Assembly: GCA_012295275.1 (NCBI GenBank)
Contig: CM022679.1
Location: 8,246,001-8,310,000, forward strand
Direction: 5' to 3'
DNA length: 64,000 bases
From: Chrysomallon squamiferum
Lineage: Eukaryota; Animalia; Mollusca
Part shown: in pieces, positions 1 to 52,612 of the stretch
Layout of the letters: each line of letters begins with the position of its first letter
Numbering within the stretch: position 1 is the stretch's first letter
Notes under the pieces: generated by a model
Told to the model about the DNA's origin: nothing
The model's database searches: none
Seen by the model: only the letters and a program-made list of their open reading frames with translations
Position numbers and translations under genes: made by a program

Positions 1-407
1 AAAAAAAAAAAAAAAAAAAAAAAAAATAATAATAATAAAATTATAATAAAATAATAATAAAAATAATATAAAATAAATAATAAACATCGTGGTATCCTGA
101 AATTTTAAATACACATAAAGTTATAAACAAAATAAAACATACAGACACATGTGTATCAGTTATTTTGGTCTTTTGTATGTAGTAAATGATTTATAAATAC
201 TTATTATATTTATCATCGAATTACTTGTAATCTGTTAAATTATTAAATTAAGGTAATTGTATTATCATTATTTATATAAAAAAAATTATAGTTGTTTTAT
301 TCCAGTAATATCAGTTTTGAATATGAAGATAAATAAAGGCAATCTGCTAAACTGCTTGAACAGTTTTTTATTTTCATAATGAAAACTTCTAATAATTCTG
401 TTTGCAG

Positions 408-39478
<39,071 letters not shown>

Positions 39479-40659
39479 ATCATCATCATCATCATTGTCG
39501 TCATCACACCTCCAACACCTCTTCCTTGCAGTACTAGGAACATAGACTTCGATATTCACGTGAAACTATGTGTACACACAGGCTTCCTATGAAGTTTAGA
39601 ACAAGTAGAAGTATTAGAGACCCAGCCCTATGTGGTCATGTGATAACAGTGAGCCAATCAGAAAATGGGCTTGTTACAAAGTTAGTGATAACCATACAGA
39701 TGGTTATGATGGTTGATTGTTTTGTGATTAACTGAGAAATTGAAATTGAATCAAAATACATAATAATAGATTTTTTTATTATTTTTATTTTATTTTATTT
39801 TTATTTTAAATTTATTATAATTTTTTTTTTTTTTTTTTTTTTGCCAGCCTCATCATTTTGCTCAGTTTGCTTTATGTTTATGAAGATCTGGATAAGACTT
39901 ATAGTTCACTGCTGGGTAACATTACAAAATTGTTTATAACTTTCCATTTTTTACATATCTGAAAGAAAATCTTGGAATGGAAATTAAAGAAACAGTCAGT
40001 GTGTGCAAAATAAAGATGTTGCTGTCTTGTAAGTTCTGGATGATACAATTTGAAACAATAATCAGATGAACTTGGAAAGACATGGGATATGATAAAAAAA
40101 AAAAAAAAAGTGAAAGAAAAGGGCTATTAAAAATGTGACTGGAAAACTGAGAAAGAATATGAAGTGAAAATGAAATGATTTGAATATGAAGGAGAAAATA
40201 CAGAAATGGAGTTTAGCTTTTAGTCCTGAATACAATTTAGAACTGTGCAAAGCATCGAAGTTGTTAGATTTTGTCATCAGAACAGTGATTATTGAATGGA
40301 AATTTTTTTTTTTTTAGGAAGTAATTTATGTTTATAAAGTTCAGATTATAGAAGACAGGAGAGGAACATCAGATATGGTTTGAATTTCTGTTATGAAGAG
40401 ATTTTGTTTTGTTTTTTTTGTTTGTTATAAAATTCAGTTTAAATAAAAGACTTGAAATGTCGTCTAGAACAAAACATGAACTGAAACCAGCTATACAAAC
40501 TTTTAATCAAAGATCTTGGAAGCACAAACTTTGTCTGTGTTAGAGCTTACTTGTTGTAAATAGCTGCATCATTCCTTTATCATCACTTGAAATTCATTAC
40601 CAAATGTTAAATAATCTCAGTGAATGGATTTTCCATTAAAACATAAAACCTATGATATA

Positions 40660-41400
40660 TACTGGCTTGTTAGAATGTATAAATCATTGTAGGAAAAAAA
40701 ACCATGTAAGATACTGGCTTATATTAGATAACTTGATATCCAGCACCTAAATTATTCTGAAATCAGAACATTAATTCTACAAAGATATGTAGATACTGAC
40801 TGTCTCACATCCAAAACTGTAACATACTAGCTTGTTAGATGCCTTGATATCCAGTATGTATGTTAAAACAAAATGTTAATTATGAAAGGATGGGTTCAGT
40901 ATGTTGATGCTGATGTGTTATATGTTAATATTGTAAAACAAGATAGCAAGATGCTGAGTGAAGTTTTTCATCAAAACCTGTAATATATTATCCTATTAGA
41001 TACCTAAATATCAAATACATAAATTATTGTGAAAACTGATATTGAGTATGTTAATTGTATTGTATTCTGAAACAAACAGTAACTTCGTTTTATGTAAAAA
41101 TTTGTAATATACTAGCTAATTAGATGCCTAAAACCTTAAATGTATAAATTATTGTGAAAACAGAATGTTAACTCTATGAAAAGTTAAAATGTTTAGATAA
41201 GGAGTATTTTAAAATGTGTAGATAAGGAGTATATTAAATATTTTGTATTTTGAAACAAGTTTTACATCAAAATTTTGTAATGTGTTAGCTAATTAGATAC
41301 CTAGACAGAGAAAATGTAAAATATTGTGAAAATGGAATATTAATTCTATGAAAAGTTCAAAGCTGTAGATACTGAATATGTTGTAGTTGTGATCTAAACT
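40660..41400. repeat. Degenerate long-period tandem repeat
   Basis: Recurring actagct..ttagat(a/g)cct, aaattattgtgaaaa, ttaattctatgaaaag, gtagatactga. Confidence 0.6.
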
Positions 41401-42170
41401 GACACATCATGACATCAGCTAAGAAAAATAATACATGTTGACTATGTAACATAAAAATGTAATGTAAAATCAGACATTACAGTAATGAATTTTTAATTTT
41501 TCGACATCAGTATCTGTATAAATACCAAATGTTTTTATATTATGTGACGAAAACCAAGACACCGAATGTTGAGACTTACAAATGTAATGAATATAATTTA
41601 TTGTGGTGAGTAAAACTAGACTTTAGAATGTAGTAATAGGAAAACTGAGACATCCCATGGAATAATGTGTTGTATTAAGTCATCTAGAAACCAAATGTAT
41701 CCTAACAGCCATGTAGTTTTAATAAAAAAAAAGTCTGTTTAATGTGTAAATATATTTTGTAATTAAAGTTATCTAGATGATAATTTCAGTTCATATAATA
41801 TGTGAGTTGAAATATGTAAATGTGTAATGGTAGCCAGTCTTGATTCTAGACTTTGAAATGTGTAATATATTTCATGATTAAGTCTTTAAAACTGGTAACA
41901 AAAATGTATAGTTATTTTATATATGTATATATAATGATACTAGAAAATGTTTCTGAATATTAGTTAAGTAATTTAGACATTGATGTTGTTGTTTTTTCAG
42001 AGCATGTATAATACAATTTGTCATCTGACAATTTCAGTATATGACTGTAACACTTTAGCAAACATACAGTGTTGGCACTGAATAATTTATGTACAATTTG
42101 CACAAAATCACTTTAGATAAATCATAGTGATAATATTGAACGTGTATTTTATCATCAGATCATCTAGGTG

Positions 42171-42450
42171 TTGATGATAATTTCAGTTCATAATGTACAA
42201 TATTGATAATTTAGTTCATAATGTACAATATAGATGATAATCTGTTCATAATATACAATGTTGATGGTAATTTTAATTCACAATGTTTAATACTGATGAT
42301 AACTGGAGTTCATAATGTAGAATATTGATGATAATTTCTGTTAATAATGTACAATATTGATGATAATTTCTGTTCATAATGTAGAATATTGATGATAATT
42401 GTAGTTCATAATGTACAGTACTGATGATAACTTGAGTTCATAGTGCACAA
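42171..42450. repeat. Minisatellite, about 31-bp unit, about 9 copies
   Basis: gatgataatttcagttcataatgtacaatatt variants. Confidence 0.85.
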
Positions 42451-42660
42451 TTCCCTTTTAAAATGAATAGCACATTAATCAAAGAATTGTTTATTTAAAT
42501 GTTTGCACTGATTACAGTTTTGACATTACAGAAAACTATTAATTTCAGAATGCTAAACTCTAAAATATCTAATTGTTTTTTGTTATCAGCTTATCTACAT
42601 AAACTTCAGTTCTTAACGTACACATTTTATCATTTTGTCATCTAAGCAGTTTATCACGTT

Positions 42661-42927
42661 CAGGTTCAAAATCCTTTAAGAAATACATGGGCCTGGAAGT
42701 GTTTTGGATTTCAGTTTTTTGAGATTTTGAAATTAAGGACAAAGCCAAAGTATACGATCTAAGTCTAAACATGAATTCCATTTATAATTCATATACAGCT
42801 TATACAAACAGACTGCAGGATTTCTTACATAACAGTCATAATACTTTTGTGTTTAAAATATATCTATTTCTGCTGCAAGGGAAAACGTTTCAGATTTCAG
42901 AATTTCAGTTAAAGGATCCTCATCCTG
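42661..42927. mobile_element. Non-autonomous Tc1/mariner-pogo (Tigger4/MER46-like) MITE, about 267 bp
   Basis: Imperfect TIRs caggttcaaaatccttta / taaaggatcctcatcctg, TA at the right flank; interior resembles the recalled MER46/Tigger4 consensus. Confidence 0.7.
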
Positions 42928-45627
42928 TATAATTCTTGGTTTAAGAACTGGATTGTGTTACATGTGAATGGTTTTGGTAAAACAATGTAAAATGTGTGGA
43001 TATCAAACTGTGTGAATTTCATTCAGATGGAATGTCAAGATGGTGGATACAAAACTTAGTGTAAATGTCAGTCAGTAGAAATTTAATAATACACTGTAGA
43101 GAACAGATTGTAGGGAGAATGCATAATGAAATGTGAAGATGTTGGATATGAAGCATAGTTTGAATTTCTGTCAGAGGGGATTTGTTCAGAAGAGATTACA
43201 GAGAGAATGCATAATGATTTCAGTGTTAAAATTCACTCATCTAGATAATAATGTAATACAGCTTTCAAGTTTCACAATCTGTGATATAGAAAATACATTA
43301 CTTGTAGCTAGTACGAAGTAGTATTTATTTTGATTTTCACACATTGCAGTGTTGTATAGACCAAGCTCATGATCATTGCTGTTTTTATTTAGAGATGTTA
43401 TTAATGTTATTAATGTTCTGAAATGTGTCTGAGCATCAAAACCTGTAAAATACAAGTCTTCTGTCTGCACTCATTTACTCAAAAACTCATATAAATTAGG
43501 CTGTTATGAAACAAAATAGATCTTAAATTTGTTTACTGAAGGTTTTGTTAATTATGACTAGATCTGAAAATATTTAGCAGTTTTTGTTTCAGTCATCAGG
43601 TTTATATCTCAGTTTTTGAGAGTACAAATAGGTGAAAGTGAAATAACTGAACAGGCTTAAAGTTTTGTGTTTTATCTGCAGGCAAACAAACACAAGAAAA
43701 TTACATTTGGAGTGATCGTTTTGACGTATAACCATGCTCAAATACATTCATTCCATTATACTAAACAGAAACAAAGGCATTTTCACAACATTTTCACAAG
43801 ATGTTTAAAACTTTTGATTTTCCCAGCAAAGCTTTCAGCTTGAATCTCAGCTGGTAATTTCATAGCTTTATTTATTTTCTACAATCTAGTCATTGGAAAA
43901 CATTTTTTTTTATTGTTGTTGTTGTTCACTTGAAAAGAGAAATTTGACTTTAATTTTTTTTTTTTTTTTTTTATGCAAATATAGCATTAAATGATCATCA
44001 TTCCTACTGTATTAAAATGTTTTACACTGATGTTATTCATTTTCATTTATTTTTGTTTTCTTCTGCTTCATAATAAAATTGTGATTAAATTGAAAGAAGT
44101 CAGTCAAAGCATGCTTATGTTAACTATAGAAATGGTTAGCAGGTACAGTTTATTATTATTAAAATTATTATTATTTAAAGATATGACTTCCAAATAGTAC
44201 TGAAATTGTGTAAAATAAGCTTGATGCAATGCTATAACTTCATTTAATGTTAATTTCTTTTTTTTTTTTTTTTTTTTTACCATTTACATGGTTTTAAAAT
44301 ATTTTTTAAACTGATATTATTATTTACTAACAATTACTTAGCAGCGTTTACTCATAAATAATGACAGTGAAATAAACTTGCAAAGATTTACAGAGACTAT
44401 CGTTTTAATTACTTATTTATTTATTTTAGAAAGATAATGAAAAATATAAAATAAAGTCCAGACAACTTACAAACACAAATTCAGTGTATCAATATACAAT
44501 ACACATCCACACACACACACACACGTACACACACACTCTCACTCAGGTCTGAAAGGACATGATGATAAAGAAAATGAAAGTCTCTGCCATCCTAATATAA
44601 TTGTTATTTTATAATTTTACTTTGTTATTAGCAAAAACTGACAATTTGAAATAATAACAAAAACATTTGTAACCACTGCCGGATATACGTGTTATATTTA
44701 AGATGATTATTTGCATCATCCAGGATATAATTTAAATCTGAATGATTTCATACAGCTTAATCATTTTTACAGTAATTATTGCTTTTCTCTCTAATACTAT
44801 AATTAAATAATGCATGACTTCTAAAACACTACTGTTTAATAGTTCATTGTTTCATGAAGGTGTAAAATGTTTATCAGAATGTTTGTAAGAAATAAAACAG
44901 GGTACAAGTATTTTATACATTTTATTTTATTATGAAGTGATTTCTTGGAATTCAAAATACAAGCAGTTCACAATGGAAGCTTTATTTTAATATTTTCTTT
45001 TATTTCTTTCACTGTTATGTATGTATATATATTTTATTTTCATTCTAAAAAGAAGTAAAAGAATTTTAAAAAATAGTTTATTGAGATAAAATTCAGACAA
45101 TATTATGAATATTAATTTTTATTATTATTATTATTATTATAATTATTATTTCAGTAGAGCCATATTACTTAGTATATTAAATTTTAAGACTTGAACTATG
45201 CATGGAAATCATTCATATCAAAGTTTTGACTTTTAGATGTTTATGTTGTAACAGAAGTGTCTTAACAAATAGATTTTTGTACAGTTTGCCTTTAGCTCTA
45301 CCATTTTAGAAGGATACAGTTTCAAACGAATAGGCAATACAGATAAGATGGAGTTTTTTTGTTTGTCTTTTTCCTTTTCTTTTCTTTGAAGGTAATGAAT
45401 AAATAATGTTTCTTTTTAAGGTAATATAGAAATAATGTGACATTATTAAATATAAGAATAACAAGTGATTCTATTTTTTTTTTTTTTCTTTCTGCTGTAA
45501 AAATCATCTGTTATAGAAGCCATTGCTTGTATGTAAAGCTGAGCATTGTTTAATAGCTTACATTCCAGCTATTTGCTTGTATTCCAGGATTTATGTTTCC
45601 AACCACTGTACATACATACAGACACAC

Positions 45628-45667
<40 letters not shown>

Positions 45668-48600
45668 CTCTGTAGATATATTAATAATGTACATAGCTAC
45701 TGTTTTCTTCATCGAGCACAAAAAAAAAAGGTCAAAGATTTCCTGTGCTGTACAAAAGAGAAAACTTTCTTATTTTTTAGTAATTTTTGTGCAATATTTT
45801 TGTTACTAATGGTGAGACTTTGTTATGCATGGTACTACATGTATTTATTGTTGTAAATGTCTTGTTTTTTTTTTTTTTTTTTTTTTTTTTTCTTGTCATC
45901 CTGTTTTAAAGAAAATGGTTGCTTGGATTTCTTCGTAACAAAGTGTAAAAAGATTTTGTCTGACTGATGGTAGTTAAGTTACGATGATAAATATGATAAT
46001 CATTAATTTATGATGATAAATATGATGATAATTAAGTTATGATGATAAATATGATAATCATTAAGCATTGATGATAAATACGTGTAAGAATGGTAAAGAA
46101 ATGTTACTGGATGATTTTTCTGTTTTTTTTTTTTTGTTTTTTTTTTACATCTATTTTCTATTTATTGCTTTAAAGCTTATATTATTTTTGATTATTATTT
46201 TTTTTTTTTTCACTGTATATTGTGTTTTGGTAGACTGGTTCTACCAAATCACTTAATTCTGTATTGAAAACAGAATGGCTGTTTTGAAACCCTGACTAAG
46301 TAATGCTCATCATTTGAAGTTAAGATGGTTTCATTGTTACTGGTTTCTGAGTGATCCCACATTGCAAAAGCATCAGTTTATATTTTAAAACTGTCTTTTA
46401 AAGAAATACAGGATAATAATTTAAAAAATCATTATACAAAATATTTCTAGCATCTTGAATTTTATTACAGAATTTATATGAATTTTTCTTCATTTTTAAA
46501 ATTTATTTATTTATTTATTTATCGATTTATTTATTTATTTATTTTTTTTATTATTATTTTTTTTCATGTTTTTATGTAATTATAAAATTTAAACTAAAGC
46601 AAGTTACTGCCAAAATAATTATTTTATTTTTCCTTTTTTTAAATTTTTTTTTTTTTTTTTACTTCACATTTTCTTGTTTTCCTTTTATTCATGTAAACAT
46701 TCAGCGATATATTATTACAATTAATAAATTACAATTTAAGATCTTTTATTTTTTATTTTTGAGGAATTGTATTATTTATTTCGTTATACAATAAAATACT
46801 CAACTCTGTGGGTCATAGAATATGTCGAATGTCACCTTGTAAGTATAGATATGTGTTAGAATGTGACACAACCTGTGTGTTAGATACCAAGAGCAGTTTG
46901 TATTGTACACAGTATCTTGTCCTGTTTCATTCAGCAGCCCAGATTACAAGATGGGCTTTAACTGTGTACCCCGATTTAGAATCGGTCCTCTTTGTATAAC
47001 AGTGTCGTAATGTTTCATGCATAAATAGCATGTGAATAAAAAAAAAATATTCGTAATTAAAAAAGTTTTTGTTTGTTATGGTATTATTAAAGTTATTTCT
47101 AATTATCTGTTTAATCTCAACATTCTCATGCTCATTCTTGTTACAAGATTTTGATAAATGGATTTGTGCAGGGAGTGTTTATTGCTTAAAATGGATCTCC
47201 ATCTCACTCCAGCAAAAAGGTTTTTTGTTTTTTTTGTTTTTTTTTAAATTAAAAATAATACAAATTAATAAAAATGGAATCACCATCTTCAAAACAGATT
47301 TCCTGTCATTATTAGCAATTAAGATGCTTTTTATAATACAAAACTGTACTTTGAGTTATACATTAAATAATTCCTCTGTTCACAGAATTAATTACTGTCT
47401 TGTAATGTCTTTTCTCAAACAGGTACATGTGGTAGAAAAAATATTTTCAGTTTTATTGTATGCATTATTTAAATAAAAATAGTGATGTATATATATATAT
47501 ACTATGTAAGTAAAAACAGTAACACTTTCAAAGTGATAAACAAGTTTATTTAAACTAAAATACAAACCAGATCTTACAGGACAGTATTCTAAGCCAAAAA
47601 ACACATTTAGTTTTTCATCATACAAAATAGTCTAATTGTACATTGATAACAGGTGTTGTATATTATACTCGGCAGATTGCACCAAAAAGTAAATATTTCA
47701 AAATACTATGTACATAAATAACTAACTACTACACATTACAGCAGAAACATTAATTAAAAACATTAAAAAGAAAAAAGATAAAATTTTGGAAATTGGTTTG
47801 CATTATTAATTTTTTATTTTATATTATTTCTGAAATTATTTAAATTAAATATTGTATATTTTTTCTTACAAATAATGATCATAGTTTTGTTACATTTTTT
47901 TATCCAGATAAAAAATCTTTTGCTCTTTAAATTTTTGAAAAATAATAATCTTTAAAATAAACTTTGAAATTACAATATTACTTCACCAGTTTAAAAAAAA
48001 AAAAAAAAAAAAAAAAATTAACATTTCTACTATTTCATTCCTGTAAATAGGTTTTTGTTATAATAATAAAATTACATTAAAATTCATTTCATAAAGCACT
48101 ATTTATAAAATAATGTTTTTTTGGACTAAGTGCAAAATGTTTTTTTTTTTTTTTAATTTGGATTAGGACAAGGTTCCATTATGAGTGTTTGGTTATTGAT
48201 TTTAACATTCACAACAGTTAACAAGCATGCAGTGTATTATTATATTGCTTACTTTTGTATATTGAGGAATGCAGTTACAAAGAAAGCACCAGGATACAAA
48301 TTATAGAAATAAAAACTTAAATATCTTCAAAAACACAAAGAAAGGATATCTAGAAAAATGTGCAAAGGCGCCATTTAAAAAATAATAATAAAAAAAAAAA
48401 AAAATGTGTTATGCTCATAGGTGATTATTTTTTAAATTAGGAATGTAAATATTTAAAAATAAAATTATGCATTTCTAACACCATGCATATTTTGAAATAA
48501 AAACTTTATAATTAAAAAAAAAAAAGATGAAAATAATTTAAATAATTATTGCTAATTTTGAGAAGCATGATTTGTACAACATAGATACATATATATATAT

Positions 48601-51600
48601 ATATATATAGATATATATTTTTAATAATAATTTTTATTGTTATAAATTCTTACATTATACATGTACATTATCCATTTAACTGAATCCTAAATTTTAATTT
48701 CTCTTCAAATCTTCATAGTTAAATTTTAAATTAAAAATTATAGAAACAAAAGTGAACAAAGTTTAAATGCTGCATTTCCTAGCAGTTGTCAAAAAACTGA
48801 AAAATAAACATCTAATAAATATTTCTCAGTAAACAATTTATATTACAACAGTTTTGTTTGGTTTTGTTCTTTTTTTTGTTTTTTTAGTAAGAGATTCTTT
48901 GTTAATAATTTCAGTACAAGTACATACTTCAAATGAATTTTTTATAAAATTATAATAATTAGACCTAAAGTAAATATAAGACAAATTTTAACAAAATAAA
49001 AAAATAAATTTAATAAACTAAATTTTATAAAAGAAATAAAGAAACAAAGTCTCTCTTTCAAATTAAATCGTGAAATATAAAATTCAATAAAATAAACTTT
49101 TTTTATTATGTTATAAAACAAATAAAAAAATAAATTCAGATTTTTTTCTGAACCCAAAAATGTCAAAATTTACTAATTCTTAATAAAAAAATAAATGTAT
49201 TTATAATGTCTAAATTTAAAATAAAATAAAATCTTTAAAATATATTTATGGTAACTTGCTCTGACCATTAACACAACACATTTGTTTAAACTAAGATATG
49301 TCACCTGGTTTATTCTTTAAACACACAATGGAATGCATAATAATTGCTGTGTAAATTAAACTGTTAATTAAAACTGTAAGAATAATGTACATTTACAAAT
49401 CGAGAGGCCAAAAAAAAAAAAAAAAAAATTACTTTAAGTTCTTAATTCATGAAAACATATTATTCTTGACATTTTATCTAATTTATATGTATAATGTTTA
49501 TCAGGTGAGTTCTGTTTAACAACGAATCCAGTGATTTTTTAACAAAATTGAAAACTAGAGAGGTAGCTTAAACTTAGACGGATTATCTGTTTTCTTTAAG
49601 CTTAATAAATAAATTTTAAAATCTACTTGAGGCATAGACAACAAAAACAAAATGTTTATATTCTATAAAGAGTCAAAATTACTTATATAACAATATTAAC
49701 TTTGTAACAAAAATTCTTGAAAACGTCAAAAACAAGTAATCCTGACCTTGAGTTTTCTGCTTTATTTGTGGATTAGGGGTCATATAACACTACTGTACCG
49801 TAAAATGTATTTTTATATGGCATACAGCATCCAGACTACAGAATACATGTATTATTTACATGGATTTTAGCAGTTCTTAGTAATGCCTATAAGGTTGGAT
49901 TTCAAGTTACGAGCACACACACAAAGTAAAAGTATGTGATTTTATATTAGACGTGTATATCAGTGTGTGTGTGTGTGTGTGTGTGTAAACTAGTTTGAGT
50001 ATGTATATGTAAGTATATGTATAATTAAGTGTATATATTCCAGATTACAAATATTCCTTTGGAAGATTATGTTATCTGAACACTTCAGTGACCTGTATGT
50101 GTCTGTTCATACGTGTGTGTAATTCTGTGTGTGTGTGTGTGTGTGGTCCAAATTATGAGTTTTTCTCTGGAAGATTGCACCATTTGATTAGTTTACAAAA
50201 GTTTTATTATTACTCAATTGGTTTTAATTTGGTACTGTTAAAATAAATACTGTTTGATCACAGAAAAATACAGACCTTATTTTATAATAAACATTACAAT
50301 ATTTCTGTTTACTATCTTTATAATTACTAAAAACAAATTTAAAAACTATTCATATTAATATGCCATAGTTACTTACAATTTACAACAACAAAAAAAACAA
50401 AAAAAAACTTTAAAAAAACAATAAACAACCCCAGAAAGTAACAGAGATAGAAAAAACAGTTTTACACACATACAAATATAATATTACTTCTTACACTATT
50501 ACGACACTGAAAAACAACATCAAGGTGTGTATTAGGCAAATATTACACTCACAACTCTACTTCACAAGCAAATATCTTTCTGGTATTTGGATTCTACGTA
50601 TAAAAATGAGTTTTAAATTCACAGTTTTTATTACTATTTGTACACAACACAACCACTGTCCACTCTTTATCATACAACTGCTTCCATTCCCTACCTCAAA
50701 GACTTCTCTTCGTTGTTTCAAAGCAATTTAAACTGGCCTTTAAAAATGGACAGTAAGAGAGAGGCTTGTTGGACTGGATTGAAAAACACAGACAACAACT
50801 AAAGACTATTAAACATATACAAAAAATAATAATAATAATAATATTAAAACAATGTTTAAAAGCAATTTGTATAAGATGCAAAAGCAACAAAAAAAAAAAA
50901 AATGGTTTCCATTATAAAATATTATGCCTATGTTGAGTATAACTTGATGTGATAATAGTATATGTATAGATATAAAAAATAACAATCCAGTAAAAGCACA
51001 ACACACGTGTATTCACAAAGATGGTAGAACTGGACTTGAGCTTTTGGAACTGAAACATAAAAACCTGATTTTTTTTTTATCGGTGAAAGACAATAACAAA
51101 AACTGAGATTATTTTCATACTGTATTATTATCCCTTTCAGACATATTAAAAAATATATGTGTGTATTAATATCAATTCTTTTATTGTTTTTAATATACAA
51201 AATAGTGTGTGTGTGTGTGTGTGAGTGTGTGTGTGTTCTGGTGTGTACGTGTGTGTTTAGTTTTAATAAAAAGCCTTTTAAATATATAAAATCATTAAAT
51301 AAAGATATTTTGGGTTTTTATTATTATTTTTTTAAAGTTTTACAGAGGCAACTTTTACAACTAAATCTGCTTCAACCACACAAGTTACTCTTTTAATTTC
51401 ACCGAAAATAGATTTGCTGTGTATTTTAAACACACTGTATTTGTTTTTTTTTAATGGAATGACTGAGATATTTCAGCATTAAAATAATTATTGAAATGAT
51501 TCAAATATTATAATAAATAAATAATTATTAAAATAAAATCAGATATGTCTCTCAAGATTACTTCCAAAAGCTTATGTCCAGTTATTTTTAATAACAAAAT

Positions 51601-52405
51601 ATGAAAATGTAATGATGAAAACAGGACATAAACCATTTTATTAAAGTAGAAAGCACCAATCTGTGAACTAAACAATATTTAAAAGCTTATTACTGGGAAA
51701 CATATTTCATGGTCGTTTGAATGATTTATTTATCATTCATAATCTAATCACCCATTCCAAACAGTCCTTCACTTGTAATGAAAATTATTGTTGTTTAAAA
51801 AGGGTGCAAAGAAAGTGAAAATATGAAAGGCAAAAGAAAATAATTAAATATTTTAAAATTTAATTTAAATAATGCTTATTTTCCTTTTATAAAAAAGAAT
51901 TTAAATGCAAAGATATTTAAAAAAACAAAAAACATAAAGTCAATAAATAAAAAATAAAGGCCAAAAAATTAAAAATATGAATGTTTGAGATTCAGATCCA
52001 AACTGATGAAATTTCGTCCTAACCTTTTTTCTTTTCTTTTTTTTAAAATAAAACCAAAAACTCCCCAAAATCACCAATATGAAGAACTTAAACCAATTCT
52101 GATAATTATTTGCTTGTATTCTGATAATTATGTGGCGAGTAGCATAATATTGCAAAAATTATCTCCCCTGATGCAGAGATTTATCTCCCCTAATGTAGAT
52201 AAATATACTCTCCTTTATGAGCACTATAAAATTTATCAGTTTCAGAGTAAAATTCTAAGAAAGTGTTATCTGAAAATGCACCAGTTTAGGAGCATTGGCC
52301 AAAAATGACAGAGTTATCTACCCAGAAGTTGAGAATTATCTCCCCTTTCAACTCTAAGATACTTTCTGAACTTATGCAATGTAAAAGCATCAATAGAAAA
52401 ACGTA

Positions 52406-52505
52406 GACTAAAACATCTTAGTCAAACAGCTGGGTGACTAGAACATCCTAGCCAAACAGCACAGTGACTAAAACATCGTAGTCAAACAGCACAGTGACTA
52501 AAACA
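52406..52505. repeat. 30-bp tandem repeat with internal hairpin in the tetraspanin proximal 3'UTR
   Basis: gacta at 52406, 52436, 52466, 52496. Confidence 0.85.
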
Positions 52506-52525
52506 ACACGCTGACTGTTTTTAAT

Positions 52526-52612
52526 TTATCCTTTGTAGTTGTCAACTCTGTACCACACTCGAACATTCTGTACATGACGGATGAAGTAGTAAGCAAGCAG
52601 GAAGCCAAAAAT
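52526..52612 (-). CDS. Tetraspanin final coding exon
   Basis: IFGFLLAYYFIRHVQNVRVWYRVDNYKG*; TAA 52526-52528. Confidence 0.87.
   Translation of the reverse strand: MFGFLLAYYFIRHVQNVRVWYRVDNYKG

Noticed and set aside
51700-51775. SECIS-like GTGA..AA..TGA arrangement on the minus strand
   Set aside because: The stem is poor and the apical region too long for a canonical SECIS; it cannot be supported without a covariance search.
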